Source: Actinomycetales bacterium | GTDB lineage: Bacteria > Actinomycetota > Actinomycetes > Actinomycetales > Microbacteriaceae | Assembly (NCBI GenBank): GCA_017308515.1 | Contig: JAFKEN010000010.1 | Span: 17,137 to 81,136, forward strand | DNA length: 64,000 nucleotides | Direction: 5' to 3' | In this document: positions 57,533-64,000 of the stretch, one piece after another | How positions within the stretch are numbered: position 1 is the first letter of the stretch | How the letters are laid out: each line of letters opens with the position of its first letter | Made by a program: the position numbers and the translations under genes | Notes under the pieces: generated by a model | What the model was told of the DNA's origin: nothing | Database searches by the model: none | The model's input: the letters and a program-made list of their open reading frames with translations, nothing else

Positions 57533-58352
57533 CGGCCGGCTGGCGCTGGGCGTCGAGGAGCGCGTCCTCGATGTCGGCGTCGGTGGGGCGGGTGCGCCGA
57601 CGGGGCGCCGGCGGTTCCTCGCCCTCGGCCTGGCGGCGCAGCATCCGCTCGCGGCGGATCGCCCAGACGAGCCCCGTGATCGCGATGAGCGCGAACAGGA
57701 TCCACTGCAGCGCGTACGACAGGTGCGGCCCCTCGTCCTCCTCGGGGCGCAGCGCCGGCGTCGGTCGGGTCGCGGCCGCGGGGTCCTCCGAGTCGAGCAG
57801 GCCGTATGCGGCGCTCCAGCCGGTCTCGGCGAGCTGCGCGTAGGCGTCGGAGAGGTGGATCGTCGCGAGCTGACCCGGCGGGGCCGAGCGGCCGGGGATC
57901 TGCGGCTCCTCGGGCTTGAGCCGCGCCACGGCGGTCACCTCGCCCGCCGGCGGAGCGGGCACCGGATCGGCGGGATCGAGCGAGTCGTCGCCCGCGACCA
58001 TCCAGCCCCGGTCGACGAGGAACACCCGGCCGTCGTCGAGTTGCAGCGGCACGAGCACCTCGAAGCCCGGCTGCCCCTGGAAGGGCCGGGAGCGCACGAG
58101 GAGGGTCTCGTCGGCGAGGTAGCGGCCCTCGACCGTCACGGGCCGCCACTCGACCGCAGGATCCCACGCGTCGGGATCGGGCAGCAGTTCGGTGAGGGGC
58201 ACCGGGTCCGCGTCGTAGTTCGCCTCGATCCGCTGCACGTTCTCGATCGCCTCGGCGCGGCGCGCCCACTGCCACCAGCTGAGCAGCCCGCACGCGACGG
58301 AGAACAGCACGACGAAGGCGAGGTAGCCGCCCCAGCGGCGCAGCCCGCTCAC
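57525..58352 (-). CDS. SURF1-family protein (cytochrome oxidase assembly)
   Basis: Trimmed from ORF 57525..58532 to GTG 58352, which overlaps the upstream stop (GTGA). N- and C-terminal TM helices. WQWARR and GFEVLVPL...FLVDRGW motifs are typical of SURF1/Shy1. Confidence 0.75.
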
Positions 58353-58576
58353 CCGGGCACCCGCTCGACCGGCTCGTCGCGCCCCGACACGAGCACCGGG
58401 AACCCGCGGGTCGCGAGGTAGTCGCCGAGCGTCGTGCGGTGCGCGTCGCACGCCATCCACACCTTCACCCGGTCGGCGTCGTGGAGGCGCGGATTGCGCC
58501 AGTTGACCCTCCAGTCGGCGTCGGCGCGGCATCCGGCGGCGGAGCAGCGCACCCCGGTCTCAGCGCCCGGCAGCAT
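58349..58576 (-). CDS. small Cys/His-containing protein of unknown function
   Basis: 75-aa ORF embedded by overlaps between DUF3099 and SURF1. Contains C-x4-C (CSAAGC) and C-x2-H (CDAH). No family recognised. Confidence 0.5.
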   Translation of the reverse strand: MLPGAETGVRCSAAGCRADADWRVNWRNPRLHDADRVKVWMACDAHRTTLGDYLATRGFPVLVSGRDEPVERVPG

Positions 58577-58892
58577 CGTCGCGCCCCCCGGCCGGATCCG
58601 AAGGACCGCCGGTGCCCGCCGAGCCCGGCAGCTCGCGCGGGCCGGGCCGCTCGACGGTGCCGCGCACCACGCGCGGCGCGTTGGCGGCCACGACGGCGAA
58701 CAGCGGCAGGAACACCGCCCCGGCGATCGGGATCACGATCCACCACCCGGGCGCGAGAGCGGCGATCGCGATCGCGATGAACATGCACGCCAGACGGATC
58801 GCCATGACGATGAGGTACTGCCGCGTGCGGGATCGCTCCTCGTCGCCGGGCGACGGCGGGAGGTCGGTGATGGACGGGGTCGTGGATCGCAT
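58560..58892 (-). CDS. DUF3099-family small membrane protein
   Basis: Trimmed from ORF 58560..59000 to ATG 58892. Two TM helices (YLIVMAIRLACMFIAIAIAAL, WWIVIPIAGAVFLPLFAVVAAN) match my recollection of DUF3099. Confidence 0.6.
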   Translation of the reverse strand: MRSTTPSITDLPPSPGDEERSRTRQYLIVMAIRLACMFIAIAIAALAPGWWIVIPIAGAVFLPLFAVVAANAPRVVRGTVERPGPRELPGSAGTGGPSDPAGGRDDAAGR

Positions 58893-59010
58893 CGGCGGCT
58901 TCCAGCGTACGCCGCGCCCCCGAGCGCCGCCGACGCGCGCCGGGCGCCCGCGCCGCGCCCGAGGACCCCCGACGCCGCACCGTGCCCGAGGAGCCGCCAC
59001 GCCGCGCCGC

Positions 59011-59016
59011 TAGGCT
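59011..59016 (+). promoter_or_regulatory. -10 hexamer TAGGCT, predicted leaderless promoter of fabG
   Basis: TAGGCT-cgacgcc-ATG(59024). Seven-nt gap. Confidence 0.4.
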
Positions 59017-59023
59017 CGACGCC

Positions 59024-59731
59024 ATGGCTGTTCGCACCGTGCTCATCACCGGCGGCAACCGCGGCATCGGCCGCGCGATCGCGGAGGAGTTCGTCGCCCA
59101 GGGGCACCGGGTCGCCGTGACGGCGCGGTCGGGGGAGGGCCCGGATGGCGCGCTCACGGTGCGCGCCGACGTGACCGACGCCGCGGCCCTCGACGCCGCC
59201 TTCGCCGAGGTCGAGGAGAAGCTCGGGCCGGTCGAGGTGGTCGTCGCCAATGCGGGGATCACGCGCGACACCCTGCTGATGCGCATGTCCGACGAGGACT
59301 TCGACGACGTCGTGGCGACGAACCTGGGCGGCGCGTTCAAGGTCGTCAAGCGCGCCTCGAAGGGGATGCTCAAGGCGCGGTTCGGCCGCGTGATCCTCAT
59401 CTCGAGCGTCGTGGGCCTGTTCGGCGGCCCCGGCCAGGTCAACTACAGCTCCTCGAAGGCGGGGCTCGTGGGCATGGCGCGCTCGATCACGCGCGAGCTC
59501 GGCGGCCGCGGCATCACCGCGAACGTCGTCGCCCCGGGCTTCATCGAGACCGACATGACGGCCGAGCTGCCCGAGGCGCAGCAGGCCGAGTACAAGAAGT
59601 CGATCCCGGCGGGGCGCTTCGCGACCCCGACCGAGGTCGCGAAGGTCGTCGCCTGGCTCGCCTCCGACGACGCGGGCTACATCTCCGGCGCCGTGATCCC
59701 CGTCGACGGCGGTCTCGGGATGGGCCACTAG
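59024..59731 (+). CDS. fabG: 3-oxoacyl-[ACP] reductase (classical SDR)
   Basis: Trimmed to ATG 59024. TGGNRGIG, NAG, and catalytic S...YSSSK. The overall layout resembles mycobacterial FabG-type reductases. Confidence 0.88.
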   Translation: MAVRTVLITGGNRGIGRAIAEEFVAQGHRVAVTARSGEGPDGALTVRADVTDAAALDAAFAEVEEKLGPVEVVVANAGITRDTLLMRMSDEDFDDVVATNLGGAFKVVKRASKGMLKARFGRVILISSVVGLFGGPGQVNYSSSKAGLVGMARSITRELGGRGITANVVAPGFIETDMTAELPEAQQAEYKKSIPAGRFATPTEVAKVVAWLASDDAGYISGAVIPVDGGLGMGH

Positions 59732-60375
59732 CCCCGCGCGGCGCTCCCGAGCAGGGGGATCACCCTCGCCAGGTCGCGACCCGGCAACACGAGATCGGCC
59801 GCGGCCCGCACGCGCGGCTTCGCGTCGAACGCGATCGACAGCCCCGCGGCCTCCATCATCAGCAGGTCGTTCGCCCCGTCGCCGATCGCGACGGTGCGGG
59901 GGATCGGCGTGCCGGTCTCCGCGGCCCACTCCGCCAGGGCGGCCGCCTTCGCGGCCGCGTCGACGATCGGCCCGTCCACCCGGCCGGTGAGCCGGCCCTC
60001 GGCGACCTCGAGCCGGTTGGCACGCCAGGTGTCGAGGCCGAGGCGCGCGGCGAGCGGGTCGAGCACCTCGTGGAATCCGCCCGAGACCGCGGCGATCGAT
60101 CCGCCGAGGGCGTGCACGCGCGCGACGAGCTCGGGGACGCCCGCCGTCACGACCACCCGATCCGCGACCCCGTCGACGACCGACACGGGCAAGCCCGCGA
60201 GGGTCGCGACCCGTTCGCGCAGGCTCGCCGCGAAGTCGAGCTCGCCCTCCATCGCGCGACGCGTGATGTCGGCGACCGCCTCCCGCGCGCCGGCCGCGTC
60301 GGCGAGCAGCTCGATGACCTCCTGCTCGATGAGCGTCGAGTCGACGTCGAGCACCACGAGCAGGGAGGGCGTCAT
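59728..60375 (-). CDS. serB: phosphoserine phosphatase (HAD superfamily, SerB-like, catalytic domain only)
   Basis: Trimmed from ORF 59728..60669 to ATG 60375. HAD motifs DVDSTL, SGGF and GDGANDL. Confidence 0.8.
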   Translation of the reverse strand: MTPSLLVVLDVDSTLIEQEVIELLADAAGAREAVADITRRAMEGELDFAASLRERVATLAGLPVSVVDGVADRVVVTAGVPELVARVHALGGSIAAVSGGFHEVLDPLAARLGLDTWRANRLEVAEGRLTGRVDGPIVDAAAKAAALAEWAAETGTPIPRTVAIGDGANDLLMMEAAGLSIAFDAKPRVRAAADLVLPGRDLARVIPLLGSAARG

Positions 60376-60409
60376 GCGGGGCCTTCGGTGCGGGCGCGCG
60401 CGGCGCGGG

Positions 60410-61654
60410 TCAGCTGACGGTGACGGTGACGCCCTTGCCGACGACGGTGATCCCGGTCGGGGTGACCGTGAACCCGCGGCTGCGATCGAGTTCGGCATCG
60501 ACGCCGATGGTCGCGCCGGGTTCGACGACGACGTCCTTGTCGAGGATAGCCCGCCGCACCGTGGCCCCCTCGCCGATGCGCGTGCGCTCGAACACGACGG
60601 TGTCGACGACCTGCGCGCCGGACTCCACGTTGGTCCACGGCCCGAGCACCGAACGCTCGAGGTGCGCACCGGAGACGACGCAGCCGAGCGAGACGATCGA
60701 GTCGATCGCGGTGCCGAGCGCGCCCTTGCCGTCGCGCACGAACTTCGCCGGCGGCGAGTTGAGCTGCTGGCTGTAGATCGGCCACTCGCGGTTGTACAGG
60801 TTGAAGACCGGCAGCGCGGAGATCAGGTCCTGGTGGGCCTCGAAGAAGGACTCGATCGTCCCCACGTCGCGCCAGTAGAAGCGGTCGCGGTCGGTCGAGC
60901 CGGGAACGTCGTTGCGGTTGAGGTCGTAGACCCCGGCGGCGCCTCGGGCGACGAAGTCGGGGATGATGTCGCCGCCCATGTCGTGCCCGGAGGTCGGCAG
61001 CTCGCCGTCGCGCTGCACGGCGTCGATCAGCACGTCGGCGTCGAAGACGTAGTTGCCCATCGAGGCGAGGATCTCGCCGGGGGAGTCGGCCAGCCCGATC
61101 GCGTCGGTCGGCTTCTCGCGGAACGCCGCGATGCGGTCGGGCTTGGCCGGGTCGACCTCGATGACGCCGAACTGGTCGGAGAGCTCGATCGGCTGGCGGA
61201 TCGCGGCGACGGTCGCACCGAGACCGGAGTCGATGTGCGCCTGCACCATCTGCGAGAAGTCCATGCGGTACACGTGGTCGGCGCCGACCACGACGATGAT
61301 GTCGGGCTTCTCGTCGGTGATGAGGTTGAGGCTCTGCAGGATCGCGTCGGCGCTGCCGGCGAACCATCGCTTGCCGAGCCGCTGCTGCGCGGGCACCGAG
61401 GCCACGTACGAGCCGAGCAGGCCCGAGAGGCGCCAGGTCTCGGCGACGTGCCGGTCGAGCGAGTGCGACTTGTACTGGGTCAGCACGACGATCTGGCGCA
61501 GACCCGAGTTGATGAGGTTCGACAGCGCGAAATCGATCAGGCGGTAGCCGCCCGCGAAAGGCACGGCCGGCTTGGCGCGGTCGGCCGTGAGAGGCATCAG
61601 CCGTTTGCCCTCGCCGCCCGCGAGAACGATTCCGAAGATCTTCGGTGATGCCAC
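60410..61654 (-). CDS. glgC: glucose-1-phosphate adenylyltransferase
   Basis: 414 aa. [24 protein letters not shown], and a C-terminal left-handed beta-helix region. Confidence 0.93.
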   Translation of the reverse strand: MASPKIFGIVLAGGEGKRLMPLTADRAKPAVPFAGGYRLIDFALSNLINSGLRQIVVLTQYKSHSLDRHVAETWRLSGLLGSYVASVPAQQRLGKRWFAGSADAILQSLNLITDEKPDIIVVVGADHVYRMDFSQMVQAHIDSGLGATVAAIRQPIELSDQFGVIEVDPAKPDRIAAFREKPTDAIGLADSPGEILASMGNYVFDADVLIDAVQRDGELPTSGHDMGGDIIPDFVARGAAGVYDLNRNDVPGSTDRDRFYWRDVGTIESFFEAHQDLISALPVFNLYNREWPIYSQQLNSPPAKFVRDGKGALGTAIDSIVSLGCVVSGAHLERSVLGPWTNVESGAQVVDTVVFERTRIGEGATVRRAILDKDVVVEPGATIGVDAELDRSRGFTVTPTGITVVGKGVTVTVS

Positions 61655-61660
61655 GCGTCC

Positions 61661-61666
61661 ACCCTA
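61661..61666 (-). promoter_or_regulatory. -10 hexamer TAGGGT, predicted leaderless promoter of glgC
   Basis: Minus strand: TAGGGT-ggacgc-GTG(61654). Confidence 0.45.
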
Positions 61667-61668
61667 GG

Positions 61669-61690
61669 CCGCGGTCGCACCCGCGGTCAC
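61669..61690. repeat. tandem direct repeat CCGCGGTC(G)CAC x2 in the glgC-glgA intergenic region
   Basis: CCGCGGTC occurs at 61669..61676 and again at 61681..61688, a 12-nt period, between the two predicted -10 boxes. Confidence 0.5.
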
Positions 61691-61719
61691 GGGTTGACAG
61701 GGGACACGCGGGGGAGGAC

Positions 61720-61725
61720 TACCGT
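61720..61725 (+). promoter_or_regulatory. -10 hexamer TACCGT, predicted leaderless promoter of glgA
   Basis: TACCGT-ggtcgcc-ATG(61733). Seven-nt gap. This supports ATG 61733 as the true start. Confidence 0.4.
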
Positions 61726-61732
61726 GGTCGCC

Positions 61733-62932
61733 ATGCGCGTGGATCTGCTGACGCGGGAGTACCCGCCCGAGGTCTACGGCGGGGCGGGCGTGCACGTGGC
61801 GGAGCTCGTGCGCGCGCTGCGCGCCGACGCCCTCGACGTGCGGGTTCGCTGCTTCGGCGCCCCCCGCGCCGAGGAGGGCGTGACCGCCTACCCGCCGCCG
61901 GCCGGCCTCGAGACCGCGAATCCGGCGATCGGGACGCTCGGCGTCGACCTCGCGATCGCGGGCGACGTCGCCGGAGCCGAGCTCGTGCACTCGCACACCT
62001 GGTACGCGAATGCGGCGGGTCTGCTCGCGCAGAAGCTGCACGGCATCCCGCACGTCGTCACGGCGCACAGCCTCGAGCCGCTGCGGCCGTGGAAGGCCGA
62101 GCAGCTCGGCGGCGGCTACCGGGTGTCGTCGTGGATCGAGGCCCAGGCCTTCGCGACCGCCGACGCGGCGATCGCGGTCAGTGCGGGCATGCGTGCCGAC
62201 ATCCTGCGCTGCTATCCCGACGTCGACCCCGCACGCGTGCACGTCGTGCACAACGGGATCGACCTGACCGGCTGGACGCGGGTCGACGATCCCGACCGGG
62301 TGCGCGGCCTCGGTGTCGACCCCGACCGGCCGAGCGTCGTCTTCGTCGGCCGGATCACCCGGCAGAAGGGCCTGCCCTACCTGCTCGCGGCGGCCCGGCT
62401 GCTGCCGCCGGAGGTGCAGCTCGTGCTGTGCGCGGGCGCGCCCGACACCCCGGAGATCCTGCGCGAGGTGCAGGAGGCGGTCGCCGTGCTGCAGGGCGAG
62501 CGCACGGGCGTGGTGTGGATCGAGCGGCTGCTGCCGCGCCAGGACCTCACGGCGCTGCTCTCGGCCGCGACGACCTTCGTGTGCCCCTCCGTCTACGAGC
62601 CGCTCGGGATCGTGAATCTCGAGGCGATGGCGTGCGGGGCCGCGGTCGTGGGCACGGCGACCGGGGGGATCCCCGAGGTCGTCGACGACGGCGTCACCGG
62701 CGTGCTCGTGCCGATCGAGCAGCTGCAGGACGGCACCGGCACCCCCCTCGACCCCGAGCGCTTCGTACGCGACCTCGCCGACGCGCTGACCCGCGTCACC
62801 GCCGACCCCGAGCTCGCCCGCCGGATGGGCGCCGCGGGGCGTGCGCGCGCCGAGGCGGAGTTCTCCTGGGGGGCGATCTCCGAGCGCACCCGCGCCGTCT
62901 ACGCGTCGGTGCTCGGGGGCGCGGTCGCCTAG
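61733..62932 (+). CDS. glgA: GT4 glycogen synthase / alpha-maltose-1-phosphate synthase (GlgA/GlgM type)
   Basis: N-terminus MRVDLLTREYPPEVYGGAGVHV matches actinobacterial GlgA/GlgM proteins. EPLGIVNLEAMACG is the GT4 motif. The track start TTG 61694 and GTG 61724 are alternatives. Confidence 0.88.
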   Translation: MRVDLLTREYPPEVYGGAGVHVAELVRALRADALDVRVRCFGAPRAEEGVTAYPPPAGLETANPAIGTLGVDLAIAGDVAGAELVHSHTWYANAAGLLAQKLHGIPHVVTAHSLEPLRPWKAEQLGGGYRVSSWIEAQAFATADAAIAVSAGMRADILRCYPDVDPARVHVVHNGIDLTGWTRVDDPDRVRGLGVDPDRPSVVFVGRITRQKGLPYLLAAARLLPPEVQLVLCAGAPDTPEILREVQEAVAVLQGERTGVVWIERLLPRQDLTALLSAATTFVCPSVYEPLGIVNLEAMACGAAVVGTATGGIPEVVDDGVTGVLVPIEQLQDGTGTPLDPERFVRDLADALTRVTADPELARRMGAAGRARAEAEFSWGAISERTRAVYASVLGGAVA

Positions 62933-62944
62933 GCTGGAGCCATC

Positions 62945-63730
62945 ATGGCGGCGGTCCTCGAGTTCCAGCACCTGTCCTTCGTCCGCGACGGCAACCGCAT
63001 CCTCGACGACATCGACTGGGCGGTCGAGCCGGAGGATCGCTGGGTGATCCTCGGCCCGAACGGCGCCGGCAAGACCTCGATGCTGCAGCTCGCCGCGACG
63101 GCGCAGCACCCGACCTCGGGCCTCGTGCGCGTGCTCGGCGAGTCGGTCGGGGCGAGCGACGTCTTCGAGCTGCGCCCCCGCATCGGCCTCGCCTCGACGG
63201 CGCTCGCGCGCCGGCTGCCGCGCGACGAGTCGGTGCTCGACGTCGTCATGACGGCGGCGCACTCGGTGACGGGGCGCTGGAACGAGACCTACGAGGAGAT
63301 CGACGAGCGCCGCGCGCGCCGGGTGCTCGACGAGTGGCGCCTGGGCCACCTCGCGGAGCGGCGCTTCGGCACGCTGAGCGACGGCGAGCAGAAGCGCGTG
63401 CAGATCGCGCGGTCGGTCATGACCGACCCCGAGCTGCTGCTGCTCGACGAGCCGGCCGCGAGCCTCGACCTGGGCTCGCGCGAGGAGCTTCTGCAGCTGC
63501 TTGGCGGCTTCGCGAAGAGCCCCGAGGCGCCCGCGATCGTCATGGTGACCCACCACGTCGAGGAGATCCCGAGCGGGTTCACGCACGCGCTGCTGCTGGC
63601 CGGCGGCCGGGTTCACGCCCAGGGCCCGATCCACCAGGTGATCAACGCCGAGAATCTGAGCGCAGTGTTCGGGCTGCCGCTCGAGGTCGCCTCGAAGCGC
63701 GGCCGCTACAGCGCGCACGCGCGCGGCTGA
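62945..63730 (+). CDS. orphan ABC transporter ATP-binding protein (single ABC domain)
   Basis: 261 aa. Walker A GPNGAGKTS, signature LSDGEQKR, Walker B LLLLDEPAASLD. No permease gene is adjacent. Confidence 0.8.
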   Translation: MAAVLEFQHLSFVRDGNRILDDIDWAVEPEDRWVILGPNGAGKTSMLQLAATAQHPTSGLVRVLGESVGASDVFELRPRIGLASTALARRLPRDESVLDVVMTAAHSVTGRWNETYEEIDERRARRVLDEWRLGHLAERRFGTLSDGEQKRVQIARSVMTDPELLLLDEPAASLDLGSREELLQLLGGFAKSPEAPAIVMVTHHVEEIPSGFTHALLLAGGRVHAQGPIHQVINAENLSAVFGLPLEVASKRGRYSAHARG

Positions 63731-63742
63731 ATCGGCCGATTC
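63729..63742. other. perfect 14-nt palindrome GAATCGGCCGATTC overlapping the ABC ATPase stop, upstream of rpmE2
   Basis: Self-complementary by inspection. It could be a short terminator hairpin or a dimeric operator. Confidence 0.4.
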
Positions 63743-63808
63743 GGCTGCTATCATCGACCCTTGGCCCTTCGGCCACCAGACTTCCCCGAATCCTTCCGAG
63801 GTAGAGCC

Positions 63809-64000
63809 ATGAAGACCGACATCCACCCCGAGTACGCGGCGATCGTGTTCCGCGACCTCGCGAGCGGCGAGACCTTCCTCACCCGCTCGACGGCGACGAG
63901 CGACAAGACCATCGAGCTCGACGGCGAGACCTACCCCGTCATCGACGTCGAGATCTCGTCGGCCTCGCACCCGTTCTACACGGGCAAGCAGCGCATCCTC
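63809..64000 (+). CDS. rpmE2: 50S ribosomal protein L31, type B (no CxxC), 3'-truncated by the window edge
   Basis: ATG 63809. [16 protein letters not shown]...[17 protein letters not shown]. The zinc-binding Cys pairs of type A are absent. The frame is open to the window end. Confidence 0.85.
   Translation, partial: MKTDIHPEYAAIVFRDLASGETFLTRSTATSDKTIELDGETYPVIDVEISSASHPFYTGKQRIL

Noticed and set aside
61694-61699. Perfect TTGACA as the -35 box for glgA.
   Set aside because: Spacing to the TACCGT -10 is 20 nt, longer than the usual 16-19 nt. Actinobacterial housekeeping promoters often lack a conserved -35. I left it unannotated.
62930-62935. TAGGCT upstream of the orphan ABC ATPase gene as a sixteenth leaderless promoter.
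   Set aside because: The gap to ATG 62945 is 9 nt and contains GGAG, so a short leadered or read-through transcript from glgA is equally likely. I did not count it.
63731-63808. A Zur box upstream of rpmE2.
   Set aside because: No AT-rich inverted repeat is present. Only the GC-containing palindrome reported above.
61645-63970. 719-aa plus-strand and 768-aa minus-strand ORFs spanning glgA and the ABC ATPase gene.
   Set aside because: Both cross two well-supported genes and an intergenic region, and have shadow-frame composition.

Overview
This is a high-GC actinobacterial chromosome segment, probably Micrococcales-like. That guess rests on gene content and order only. It is densely packed with conserved housekeeping genes, and I support 57 CDS and one tRNA.

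Gene order:
- gltBD, pyk, ppsA, tRNA-Leu(CAA), the ANTAR response regulator pdtaR
- polA, rpsA, coaE, uvrB, uvrA, uvrC
- rapZ, whiA
- sodA, gap-pgk-tpiA-secG-rbpA
- the minus-strand operon tkt-tal-pgi-zwf-opcA-pgl
- ctaB/ctaA
- sufB-sufD-Rieske-sufC-sufT
- a two-component locus, bioY, an ABC-F ATPase
- DUF3099, a small Cys/His protein and SURF1
- fabG, serB, glgC/glgA, an orphan ABC ATPase, and the start of L31 type B

The order resembles the well-known mycobacterial core neighbourhoods (pdtaR..polA-rpsA-coaE-uvrB, uvrC-rapZ-whiA, gap-pgk-tpi-secG, tkt-tal-zwf-opcA-pgl-ctaB, suf).

I saw no transposase, integrase, phage gene, CRISPR array, rRNA or compositional island. Non-coding space is minimal. 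I therefore cannot point to an obvious accessory or defence system.

Observations that most deserve a second look:
1. A two-component locus (51015-55127) has accessory genes that look like a catalytically dead GGDEF membrane protein and an Hpt-like protein containing no histidine at all.
2. At least 15 genes carry a TAnnnT hexamer exactly 6-7 nt before the start codon, which predicts leaderless mRNAs. Two divergent intergenic regions contain a palindromic CTAGnCTAG that reads as a -10 box on both strands.
3. Expected core genes are missing: yvcK between rapZ and whiA, and sufR, sufS and sufU from the suf cluster.
4. A three-gene overlapping operon links DUF3099, a small Cys/His protein and SURF1.

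All domain calls are by-eye readings of the supplied translations. All motif and hairpin coordinates were hand-indexed and checked against ORF-track coordinates on the same lines. No searches were run.
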